A model generated the notes under the pieces. It saw nothing but the letters and a program-made list of their open reading frames with translations. It searched no databases and was not told the DNA's origin. Made by a program: the position numbers and the translations under genes. From NCBI GenBank assembly GCA_949878435.1, contig CATLAK010000012.1, positions 17,123 to 81,122 on the forward strand: a stretch of 64,000 nt of DNA. Direction: 5' to 3'. Of the stretch, positions 1-8,442 are shown piece by piece; positions within the stretch are counted from its first letter, which is position 1; every line of letters starts with the position of its first letter. The stretch is from an uncultured Lachnospiraceae bacterium (lineage in GTDB: Bacteria; Bacillota; Clostridia; Lachnospirales; Lachnospiraceae).

Positions 1-1092
1 AAAGTCCACATTGATTCCGTCAAGCCCGTAGGTAAGCGCAGCATTAACCAGACCATCAATTAATTTTGTCCTGGTAGTGGTGGAAGAGAGGATGGCGTAC
101 ATATCGATGCTGTCCTTATACTCGATGTTTTCCACAAGTCCCCATACCTCGAGTCCCATTCCGTGAGCCTTGTCCACATAACTCTGGCTGGCAAAGCTGG
201 TGAAGTTCCCTTCATTATCGCTTAATTTAAACCAAGTGGGCGAGATGACGTTCAGCCCCTTTGTATTGGCGGTGACGGCGTCAAGTGTATCGTTTCCGGC
301 AACCCCGGCAACTACGTGCCAGCCAAGATTGATCTTGTGATCCCGTGTCAGACTGGTGTATTCCGGTTCTTCGTAGTCGGTGACTGGAATGGGAAGTTCT
401 GCCCTAGGCTCTTCGAGACGCTTGTTTTCAATATAGCCTATCACAGAATCGGCAGTCTTAACCTTTGACCAAGTTTCCATCTGCTCTAAAAGGATTACCT
501 TATCTCCAGCAGCGACATCTTCGAGAATCTCGCTCTTTACACCGCCAAGGACGCGTACAGCAGTATCCTTCTTGACTTCTGCAGTCTGGCGCTCTTCCCA
601 GCTTAAATAAATCTGCAGCCGATTGGGCGCGGTGAATCCTTCATAGGAGAAATTGGTATACTGCTTCACATAATCTATGGCGAGGTATAAGGTGTCGCCC
701 TCATATCTTGCAGGCTGGTAAGCAAGCGTTTCGGTTCCGTCTTTAGTGGTTACTTCACTGCTTCCTGTAACTGTGCGGATGATGTCATCTGGGAGTGTGT
801 AAAGCAGCAGTCCTTCCCCTTTATCTTCATAAAAACGGTCATTAAAATATTTATGGACCGTATTTAAATCCAAATAGTAAACGCCGTCAAAAAGGCGTGC
901 TCTTTCTTCTATTATTTCATTCTGTAGTACAATCGCAACGTCGCTGTCTCCTGCCATCTGAAAATAGGCATCGAGGTCGGCGCGTTCTTTCGTGTAGGAA
1001 TATTTTTCCAATATCTTTGTTCCGAAGCTGATTCCTGCAATTACTATAATAAGGACGATTGCTAGCAGAACAGGTATTATTTTTTTCTTCAT
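1..1092 (-). CDS. Glycoside hydrolase family 18 protein with N-terminal anchor and SH3-like domain (3' end runs off the window)
   Basis: Manual translation: MKKKIIPVLLAIVLII..., GLNVISPTWFKL..., DGINVDF at the window edge (GH18 DxxDxDxE region). GGAGG RBS upstream of ATG at 1092. Absent from the ORF track because it is truncated. Confidence 0.8.
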   Translation of the reverse strand, partial: MKKKIIPVLLAIVLIIVIAGISFGTKILEKYSYTKERADLDAYFQMAGDSDVAIVLQNEIIEERARLFDGVYYLDLNTVHKYFNDRFYEDKGEGLLLYTLPDDIIRTVTGSSEVTTKDGTETLAYQPARYEGDTLYLAIDYVKQYTNFSYEGFTAPNRLQIYLSWEERQTAEVKKDTAVRVLGGVKSEILEDVAAGDKVILLEQMETWSKVKTADSVIGYIENKRLEEPRAELPIPVTDYEEPEYTSLTRDHKINLGWHVVAGVAGNDTLDAVTANTKGLNVISPTWFKLSDNEGNFTSFASQSYVDKAHGMGLEVWGLVENIEYKDSIDMYAILSSTTTRTKLIDGLVNAALTYGLDGINVDF

Positions 1093-1295
1093 TCCGTAAC
1101 CTCCAATCGTCCTAATTATAGCAGACTATTTCCTCATCGTCATTACCCATTTTGACTTTTTACAACATTTTCTTATGGCATTGCCGGTATAGTTCACGCA
1201 TAAAGGGAGCCAGAAGGTTTCACTTGTTTTTGGTTATAAGGGGCTTTTGGTCATTTGCATCTCTGGTCCCTTTCGCGTGCGATTAGATAGGGGCA

Positions 1296-1514
1296 TTAAT
1301 TATGGAAGATCCGGTCATACCGGATTTCCTTTAGCTTGCCGTTTTCGTCGATTACATAGTCGGGCATATAGACTGTATCCTCGTTTACACAATTCTTCAT
1401 AATATACTCCGTGGTGGACGGAATGCCATTTAGGTACAGCTTTACACCTGCCTTTTCCAACTGCTCCAGCTGTGGTCGAAGAGAAACGGGTTTTGCTTTG
1501 TTTCTTGAACGCAT
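1296..1514 (-). CDS. Small hypothetical protein (~72 aa)
   Basis: ORF 1296..1550; the ATG at 1514 has a GGGAG RBS. Protein-like composition (YMPDYVIDENGKLKEIRYD). Confidence 0.6.
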   Translation of the reverse strand: MRSRNKAKPVSLRPQLEQLEKAGVKLYLNGIPSTTEYIMKNCVNEDTVYMPDYVIDENGKLKEIRYDRIFHN

Positions 1515-2047
1515 GATTCTCCCATCTGTTTTGAATCTGTTTTTTGACAAATTCCAAAAGGATTCCGTGATATGTCATGTCAAAAAGATAAATAAAATTC
1601 AAAACTGATTATAGTTTTCGTATAAATGACGATAATAAAAACAGATAAGATGCCGGACACGTATCTAAAAATAAACTACCGCTGCGAATTTCTAACTGGG
1701 TGAATTATAACAATTGAAAAACTATAGAAAGACTATAGAAAACTCGCGACAGGCACAAAGCCTGTTAGACATCGACAGATGCGCTGATTGACAGCAATAT
1801 AATTATGCTGTTTTGATATAGGCATCCTTGATTAAATATGCTTAGATTCGTATAAATAAAATTAAAAAAATCATGCCTCCTTCCGATACAGGATTTATCC
1901 GGAAGCATCTTACGAAAAGAGAATAGCACTTATTGCCAAAATATGCAATATGATACTGTGATTTTTTATATATTTTTAACAAAAAGCTTTTGGAAAGCAA
2001 AAAAATAAGTAGTTTATTAAATTTTTTTAAACTGTTTTTCTGCCCTA

Positions 2048-2076
2048 TTGACTTAAATTCGCACAAAGTATAATAT
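2048..2076 (+). promoter_or_regulatory. Putative sigma-A promoter of mecA
   Basis: TTGACT-17bp-TAATAT after an AT-rich tract. Confidence 0.5.
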
Positions 2077-2148
2077 AATTTTAAGTGACTGCAAGTGTCA
2101 CCAAACGGCAGGATAACAGTATCTTAATAGTAAGGATGTGAAAATAAT

Positions 2149-2949
2149 ATGAAAATAGAAAAAGTCAACGATCATCAGATTCGCTGTACCCTTACCAGGG
2201 AAGATCTGGCTGATAGGGAATTAAAGCTCAGCGAGCTTGCTTACGGTACCGAAAAAGCTAAAGATTTATTTCGTGATATGATGCAGCAGGCATCCTTTGA
2301 ATTCGGATTTGAAGCGGAAGATATTCCTTTAATGATAGAAGCAATTCCATTAAACTCCGAATGTATCGTTCTTATCATCACTAAGGTAGAGGACCCGGAT
2401 GAGCTCGATACCCGTTTTTCAAAGTTTGCTCCGTCTGTTCATGAAGAAGACAATACTTTAGGAGATGTTCTCGATACCATTGCGGAAGGCGCAGATGAGG
2501 TTCTTGATCTGTTCAAGAAGATTCAAAATACAAAAACAGGAAACATATCTCAGGAAGGAACATCGTCTGTTGATGAGGGAAGTACAGACATAGAAAGCGC
2601 GAAGCGTTCATTTAAGAATGCATTGCAGAAAAAGCTTTCCGATACCGCGGTTTCGGCAGAACTTACCAAGCTTTATTCGTTCCAATCACTTAGAGAATTA
2701 ATTGGTTCGGCACATGTACTGGCTAATTTTTACAACGGGGCGAATTCACTATACAAACAAAAGGACGGTTCCTATATATTGGTCCTTTCTAAAAGCGAAC
2801 ATTCGCCGGTGGATTTCAACAAGGTGTGCAATGTGCTTTCGGAGTATGGAACAGTTCTCAAATCGGTGCCTGCTTCAGAGGCATACCTTGAAGAGCATTT
2901 CGAGCCGGTTATTCAAAATACTGCACTGCAGTCATTATCCTGCATTTAA
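2149..2949 (+). CDS. mecA: Adaptor protein MecA (ClpC adaptor)
   Basis: N-term MKIEKVNDHQIRCTLTREDL; C-term LSEYG...YLEEH...ALQSL. Confidence 0.9.
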   Translation: MKIEKVNDHQIRCTLTREDLADRELKLSELAYGTEKAKDLFRDMMQQASFEFGFEAEDIPLMIEAIPLNSECIVLIITKVEDPDELDTRFSKFAPSVHEEDNTLGDVLDTIAEGADEVLDLFKKIQNTKTGNISQEGTSSVDEGSTDIESAKRSFKNALQKKLSDTAVSAELTKLYSFQSLRELIGSAHVLANFYNGANSLYKQKDGSYILVLSKSEHSPVDFNKVCNVLSEYGTVLKSVPASEAYLEEHFEPVIQNTALQSLSCI

Positions 2950-2959
2950 GATCAGAGCT

Positions 2960-2991
2960 AAAGCAGCCCCACAGAAAAGGGGCTGCTTTTT
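2960..2991 (+). terminator. Rho-independent terminator
   Basis: AAAGCAGCCCC-loop-GGGGCTGCTTT followed by a T tract. Confidence 0.85.
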
Positions 2992-3053
2992 CTGTTGTTT
3001 ATATCATTTTTTAATGATATAATAAACTGTTTACTAATGAGAAAGGGGTTTGA

Positions 3054-4682
3054 ATGATGAGAAAATTTAAACGCGGGCTGCTTGCAGGCGCATCAGCCCT
3101 ATCAATTTGTGTTCTGCTGGCGCCTGTGCTTGTGCTTGCGGCAGAAGAAGAGGCAGTACTACAGCCCTCTATGTATGCAACTTTCTGGGCGCTTGTGCCT
3201 CCTATTGTGGCAATTGTACTTGCGCTTATCACCAAAGAGGTTTACAGTTCTTTATTCGTGGGGATTCTCGTGGGAGGTTTGTTTTATTCTGATTTTTCAT
3301 TTGAGGGTACCTTTAACCACATTTTCAACGATGGGTTTGTGGCGGTTTTATCTGATAGTTATAATGTAGGTATCCTGATATTCCTCGTGATTCTGGGCGC
3401 AATGGTAAGCCTTATGAATCGTGCAGGGGGATCGGCGGCTTTCGGACATTTTGCCAAAGAAAAAATCAAGACCCGGGCGGGTGCGCAGCTTGCAACGGTA
3501 GCGTTGGGGGTTCTCATTTTTATAGACGATTATTTTAACTGCCTGACAGTGGGAAGCGTTATGCGTCCCGTCACTGATGAGCATAAGGTTTCCCGTGCAA
3601 AACTTTCCTATTTAATAGATGCCACGGCGGCGCCAATCTGTATTATTGCTCCGATTTCCTCATGGGCAGCAGCTGTGTCAGGTTTTGTTGAAGGTGAAGA
3701 TGGTTTTTCTGTTTTTATCCGTGCGATTCCGTACAATTATTATGCGCTTCTGACAATTGTGATGATGATAGCCATTATCCTTTTGAGAATTGACTTTGGT
3801 CCCATGCGCACGCATGAGAAGAACGCGCTGAATGGAGATCTTTTCACTTCGGGGAAAGCGGCGGAAGATAGTGAGACGGAATCAAAGAATCCTAAAGGCA
3901 AGGTGATTGATTTGGCGATTCCGATTATCACGTTAATCATATGTTGTGTAATCGGAATGATTTATACCGGAGGATTTTTTGGCGGAGAAAGTTTTGTGTC
4001 TTCTTTTTCCAATTCGGATGCTTCTGTGGGGCTTGCGCTGGGAAGTATATTTGCTATGCTTCTTACGATTGTGATTTATCTGATCAGACGTGTGCTTACT
4101 TTCGGTGAATGTATGGAGTGCCTGCCTTCCGGTTTCAAAGCAATGGTTCCGGCCATTTTAATTTTGACTTTTGCATGGACCTTAAAGGCGATGACCGACA
4201 GCTTGGGAGCTGCCGTTTTCGTGGCGGAAGTAATGAAGAAGAGCGCCGGGGGTCTCATGTTGTTTTTGCCTGCGATAATATTTCTTGTGGGATGCTTCCT
4301 GGCGTTCTCTACAGGAACTTCATGGGGGACTTTCGGCATACTGATTCCAATCGTGGTTTCTGCGTTTGCGGAGACGAATCCCCAGCTGATGATTATTTCC
4401 ATTTCTGCATGTATGGCGGGAGCTGTCTGTGGGGATCATTGTTCGCCTATTTCAGATACGACAATCATGGCAAGCGCGGGTGCTCAATGCAACCATGTCA
4501 ACCATGTTTCCACTCAGCTGCCTTATGCGCTGTTGGTTGCAGCGGTTTCGTTTGTCACCTATATGATTGCCGGCTTTGTGCAAAATCCATGGGTACCGCT
4601 TCCAATCGGATTGGTACTGCTTCTTATCTGCTTGTTTATTATAAAAACAGTGAATCAAAGAAAAAATCCGGACAGTCTGTAA
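3054..4682 (+). CDS. Na+/H+ antiporter NhaC-family transporter
   Basis: Polytopic; motifs FIDDYFN, DATAAP, GTSWGT, GDHCSPISDTT, HVSTQLPY. Confidence 0.85.
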   Translation: MMRKFKRGLLAGASALSICVLLAPVLVLAAEEEAVLQPSMYATFWALVPPIVAIVLALITKEVYSSLFVGILVGGLFYSDFSFEGTFNHIFNDGFVAVLSDSYNVGILIFLVILGAMVSLMNRAGGSAAFGHFAKEKIKTRAGAQLATVALGVLIFIDDYFNCLTVGSVMRPVTDEHKVSRAKLSYLIDATAAPICIIAPISSWAAAVSGFVEGEDGFSVFIRAIPYNYYALLTIVMMIAIILLRIDFGPMRTHEKNALNGDLFTSGKAAEDSETESKNPKGKVIDLAIPIITLIICCVIGMIYTGGFFGGESFVSSFSNSDASVGLALGSIFAMLLTIVIYLIRRVLTFGECMECLPSGFKAMVPAILILTFAWTLKAMTDSLGAAVFVAEVMKKSAGGLMLFLPAIIFLVGCFLAFSTGTSWGTFGILIPIVVSAFAETNPQLMIISISACMAGAVCGDHCSPISDTTIMASAGAQCNHVNHVSTQLPYALLVAAVSFVTYMIAGFVQNPWVPLPIGLVLLLICLFIIKTVNQRKNPDSL

Positions 4683-4698
4683 AAGGACTGTCCGGATT
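4665..4698. terminator. Hairpin between convergent genes
   Basis: AATCCGGACAGTC...GACTGTCCGGATT perfect 13-bp stem. Confidence 0.7.
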
Positions 4699-4719
4699 GT
4701 GGAAAGCGCCTGCTTATTA

Positions 4720-4911
4720 TTAAAGCGCTTCGATTTTAGCCATCAAATCATTTATATCCATGCCATGAACCATAGCGGCTTCCTCGAGACTTTCCGCCTG
4801 AGCAGAAGGACAGCCGAGACAATGCATTCCGGCTTCCATGAGGATAGGCGCAACGTTCGGATTGGTATTTAAAATTTCACCGATTGTCATGTCTTTGGTA
4901 ATCTGTGCCAT
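4720..4911 (-). CDS. DUF1858 / hybrid-cluster-protein-associated redox disulfide domain protein
   Basis: [11 protein letters not shown]...[23 protein letters not shown]; GGAGG RBS. Confidence 0.85.
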   Translation of the reverse strand: MAQITKDMTIGEILNTNPNVAPILMEAGMHCLGCPSAQAESLEEAAMVHGMDINDLMAKIEAL

Positions 4912-5169
4912 AGTATAGAACCTCCTTCTAATGTATATATTTTCACAGCAGATCCTGCAACTGCGCTTTTATAGTATAATACTTTGCCCACTTTCTGGCA
5001 AGTCTAAACCCTTTTGACCATACGGTTCTGCAGTGCTTTTGGTGCGGATATTTTCCTGCCTGCATACCTATATGACGGCTTTATGCTCTAGACTGTAACC
5101 TTTTTACAAAAAATATGTAAAATTTCCCTAAAATCCATACTTTGTTCATAAAAAAGTACACTCTTTGCC

Positions 5170-5199
5170 TTGACGGTAAATGATGTTCTAACATATAAT
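5170..5199 (+). promoter_or_regulatory. Putative sigma-A promoter of the pfl operon
   Basis: TTGACG-18bp-TATAAT; TTTTACA-N7-TGTAAAA palindrome upstream at 5102-5122. Confidence 0.55.
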
Positions 5200-5269
5200 G
5201 AGAATACGGTAATAGCATAGTTTTTATGCACAAATAAATTAAATCATTTTAATAGGAGGCTTACACAAA

Positions 5270-7309
5270 ATGAGACCAGAATGGAAAGATTTTGTAGGCG
5301 GCAAGTGGGAGAATGAAGTTAATGTACGTGATTTCATCCAGAAGAACTACCATCCTTATGATGGCGACGAATCCTTCTTAGCCGAAGCTACACAGAACAC
5401 AAAAGACTTATGGCAGATGGTACTTGATTTGCAGAAGAAAGAGCGTGAGGCAGGCGGCGTTCTTGATATGGATACAAAAGTTGTATCAACCATCACATCA
5501 CATGGTCCCGGTTACTTAGACAAGTCAAAAGAAAAAATCGTTGGTTTCCAGACAGATAAGCCTTTTAAGCGTTCTCTCCAGCCTTACGGCGGTATCAGAA
5601 TGGCTGAAAAAGCTTGCGCTGACAATGGTTATGAAGTTGATCCTGAAATCAGCGAGTTCTTCTCAACACACAGAAAGACACATAATGCAGGCTGCTTCGA
5701 TGCTTATAATGCAGAAATGAGAGCTTGCCGTTCCGCACATATCATCACAGGTCTTCCGGATGCTTACGGACGTGGACGTATCATCGGCGACTACAGACGT
5801 GTTGCTCTGTATGGTATTGACAGACTGATTGAAGACAAGCAGGCACAGAAAGATTCCACAGGACGTGTTATGACAGATGACGTAATCCGTCTTCGCGAAG
5901 AACTTTCCGAGCAGATGGTTGCTCTTAAGATGATGAAGGAAATGGCTGCATCTTATGGCTGCGATATTTCCAAACCTGCTACAAATGTACAGGAAGCAAT
6001 CCAGGCTACCTACTTCGGATATCTGTGCTCAGTTAAGGAACAGAATGGTGCGGCTATGTCTCTTGGACGTACATCTACGTTTATCGACTGTTATGCAGAA
6101 AGAGACCTTGCAAACGGAACATTCACAGAGCAGGAAATCCAAGAATTTGTTGACCACTTCATCATGAAGTTAAGATGCGTAAAATTCGCACGTACACCTG
6201 AATACAACCAGATTTTTGCTGGCGATCCTGTATGGGTAACAGAATCTCTAGGCGGTGTTGGCGTTGACGGACGTCCTTTGGTAACAAAGATGAGTTTCCG
6301 TTATCTGCATACGCTTACAAATTTAGGTCCCAGCCCGGAACCCAACTTAACCGTTCTCTGGTCAACAAGACTTCCTGAAAACTGGAAGAAATACTGTGCA
6401 AAGATGTCCATCCAGACTTCTTCCATTCAGTATGAAAATGATGACCTAATGAGAGTGACACACGGTGATGATTATGGTATCGCATGCTGCGTATCCTCCA
6501 TGGTAATAGGTAAGGAAATGCAGTTCTTCGGAGCAAGAGCAAACCTTGCTAAATGCCTGCTTTACGCATTAAACGGCGGCGTTGACGAAGTAACCAAGAA
6601 ACAGGTTGGTCCTAAGTATCGTCCTGTTGAAGGCGATGTTCTTGATTTTGACGATGTATACAGCAAATTCATCGATATGATGGAATGGCAGGCAGATGTA
6701 TATGTAAATACACTGAACATCATCCATTATATGCATGACAAATACTGCTATGAGAGAGCAGAGATGGCACTTCATGACAGAGATGTTAAGCGTTACTTTG
6801 CAACCGGTGTTGCAGGTCTGTCCATCGTAGCCGACTCTTTATCAGCAATTAAGCATGCGAAGGTAGAGGTTGTCAGAGATGAAGACGGTATTATTGTAGA
6901 CTTTAAGACAACTGGTGACTTCCCTAAATATGGTAATGATGACGACCGTGTAGACAGCATTGCACAGGAAGTCGTACACAAATTCATGACAGCAATCAGA
7001 AGACATCACACCTATAGAAACGGTGTTCCTACGACATCCATTCTTACCATTACATCTAATGTAACTTATGGTAAGGCAACAGGAAATACACCTGACGGAC
7101 GTAAGAAAGGTCAGCCTTTCGCTCCCGGTGCAAATCCGATGCATGGACGTGACACCCACGGTGCAGTAGCATCCTTATCATCTGTATCCAAGCTTCCTTT
7201 CAATGATGCGCAGGATGGTATCTCTAATACCTTCACCATCATTCCAGGTGCGCTTGGCAAAGAGGATCAGGTATTTGCAGGCGACATTGAGCTTGATTTG
7301 AACAAATAA
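5270..7309 (+). CDS. pflB: Pyruvate formate-lyase (formate C-acetyltransferase) barrel subunit lacking the C-terminal glycyl-radical domain
   Basis: [17 protein letters not shown], catalytic [15 protein letters not shown]. Ends shortly after ALGKED with no RVSGY. Confidence 0.93.
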   Translation: MRPEWKDFVGGKWENEVNVRDFIQKNYHPYDGDESFLAEATQNTKDLWQMVLDLQKKEREAGGVLDMDTKVVSTITSHGPGYLDKSKEKIVGFQTDKPFKRSLQPYGGIRMAEKACADNGYEVDPEISEFFSTHRKTHNAGCFDAYNAEMRACRSAHIITGLPDAYGRGRIIGDYRRVALYGIDRLIEDKQAQKDSTGRVMTDDVIRLREELSEQMVALKMMKEMAASYGCDISKPATNVQEAIQATYFGYLCSVKEQNGAAMSLGRTSTFIDCYAERDLANGTFTEQEIQEFVDHFIMKLRCVKFARTPEYNQIFAGDPVWVTESLGGVGVDGRPLVTKMSFRYLHTLTNLGPSPEPNLTVLWSTRLPENWKKYCAKMSIQTSSIQYENDDLMRVTHGDDYGIACCVSSMVIGKEMQFFGARANLAKCLLYALNGGVDEVTKKQVGPKYRPVEGDVLDFDDVYSKFIDMMEWQADVYVNTLNIIHYMHDKYCYERAEMALHDRDVKRYFATGVAGLSIVADSLSAIKHAKVEVVRDEDGIIVDFKTTGDFPKYGNDDDRVDSIAQEVVHKFMTAIRRHHTYRNGVPTTSILTITSNVTYGKATGNTPDGRKKGQPFAPGANPMHGRDTHGAVASLSSVSKLPFNDAQDGISNTFTIIPGALGKEDQVFAGDIELDLNK

Positions 7310-7346
7310 AGTAAACTAGTAATCCACTTTCGGGAGGTACAATGCA

Positions 7347-7550
7347 ATGGATGACAAAAAAATGATCGATGATCTTGTGAAAATGCTGGATTCCGGCATG
7401 GCTATGGGTGTAGGTCATGTGAATGTAGACTATGACGAGACGAAAGACGAATCAAAAGAAGTTCAGACCATGGGATGCACAGATTGCTCCAGAACGCCTC
7501 TGGCGTGCAGTGTACCTACCCTGGAGGATGGTTTGGATGATTTTCATTAA
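7347..7550 (+). CDS. 67-aa acidic protein resembling the N-terminal part of the glycyl-radical domain, with a CxxC-x6-C motif
   Basis: Own GGAGG RBS; tight spacing between the two PFL parts; ungapped similarity to the next ORF. Confidence 0.75.
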   Translation: MDDKKMIDDLVKMLDSGMAMGVGHVNVDYDETKDESKEVQTMGCTDCSRTPLACSVPTLEDGLDDFH

Positions 7551-7573
7551 GATTTATAAGGAGGTAAATTACC

Positions 7574-7816
7574 ATGGCAACAAATACAGCGCAGGTAGAT
7601 AATTTAGTATCATTATTGGATGGCTATGCAACAAAGGGCGGACATCACCTGAACGTAAACGTACTTAACAGAGATATGTTATTAGATGCTCAGAAGCATC
7701 CTGAGAACTATCCGCAGCTTACGATCCGTGTTTCCGGATATGCTGTTAATTTTATCAAATTAACGCCGGAACAGCAGGCAGATGTTATTTCCCGTACATT
7801 CCACGAGTCCATCTAG
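7574..7816 (+). CDS. Autonomous glycyl-radical domain (GrcA-like; the missing PFL C-terminus)
   Basis: GGHHLNVNV...[19 protein letters not shown]...SRTFHE; strong AAGGAGGT RBS. Confidence 0.92.
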   Translation: MATNTAQVDNLVSLLDGYATKGGHHLNVNVLNRDMLLDAQKHPENYPQLTIRVSGYAVNFIKLTPEQQADVISRTFHESI

Positions 7817-7856
7817 CTAATAAGAAGAGAATGGCACAGTTTTAGCGTGAATAAAG

Positions 7857-7897
7857 AAGGCATATCACTAGAAATTAGAGAGGTGATATGCCTTTTT
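7857..7897 (+). terminator. Rho-independent terminator of the pfl operon
   Basis: AAGGCATATCAC...GTGATATGCCTT followed by TTT. Confidence 0.85.
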
Positions 7898-8207
7898 GAT
7901 TTAAGATAACGATACCTTTCGAAGAGTAGGATTTGTTGTTTGTAAAGTTTTATATTATATGAGAAATACACTATATGGTATATGATAGGCATTTGTTTAT
8001 TTGGAAGGAGAGATTTTTATCTATATCTTGCGAAAACGTTTAAGGGGAGCATATACCAATCGACAAATTGAAAGTGAGTATAGATAAATCTGGGAACGGC
8101 TGTTCTTACGCGGCTGCGCAATTCGGAGTGCTATTTGAGTGCTTGTCAAATATTCCAAAAAAGCAATTTGTAAATTGCACAAAATATCTGAAGATTATTT
8201 GTTGGAC

Positions 8208-8268
8208 TTAACGAAAATTTACGGAAAATTTACGGAAACTTGACAGTAATTTTTAAGAGTACTATACT
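8208..8268 (+). promoter_or_regulatory. Sigma-A promoter of the pilus locus with upstream 11-bp direct repeats
   Basis: TTGACA(8240)-17bp-TATACT, preceded by TTAACGAAAAT/TTACGGAAAAT/TTACGGAAACT. Confidence 0.7.
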
Positions 8269-8337
8269 AAATATGAACCCTAGAAGTAGGAAAAAGTAAC
8301 AGATACATATATGTGATATTAGTTTAGTATAAGTGAT

Positions 8338-8351
8338 TGGTAACGTTGCCA
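8338..8351. promoter_or_regulatory. LacI/CcpA-like operator candidate
   Basis: Near-palindrome TGGTAACGTTGCCA with central CG, between the promoter and the start codon. Confidence 0.45.
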
Positions 8352-8442
8352 GACGAAAAACGTGTTGCCGTCAAAAAGATGTGTGGGGTTGAAGAGTATG
8401 AGACAAAACATGGGGAATGCAATCTCTACAATAGGAGAAAAA

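Noticed and set aside
1315-2066. ORFs 1315..1602(-), 1411..1608(+) and 1842..2066(-)
   Set aside because: They overlap a better-supported ORF or AT-rich promoter DNA and show no protein-like features.
4912-5269. ZTP (pfl) riboswitch or Rex operator upstream of pflB
   Set aside because: I could not find a convincing match to either consensus by eye.
7347-7550. RiPP (ranthipeptide/SCIFF-like) precursor
   Set aside because: No adjacent radical SAM maturase or transporter, and similarity to the Gly-radical domain N-terminus explains it better. Not fully excluded.
7250-7580. pflB as a frameshifted or IS-disrupted pseudogene
   Set aside because: Both halves keep intact catalytic motifs and have their own RBSs, and the intervening DNA is a coherent ORF with no IS ends or duplications.
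7900-8440. c-di-GMP riboswitch or invertible promoter upstream of the pilus locus
   Set aside because: No recognisable c-di-GMP aptamer core, no flanking inverted repeats and no nearby recombinase.
8362-8442. ORF-track start of the adhesin (likewise extended starts at 31772, 37730, 41102, 44545, 49140, 54467, 59755)
   Set aside because: Downstream starts have clear RBSs and give the expected N-termini.
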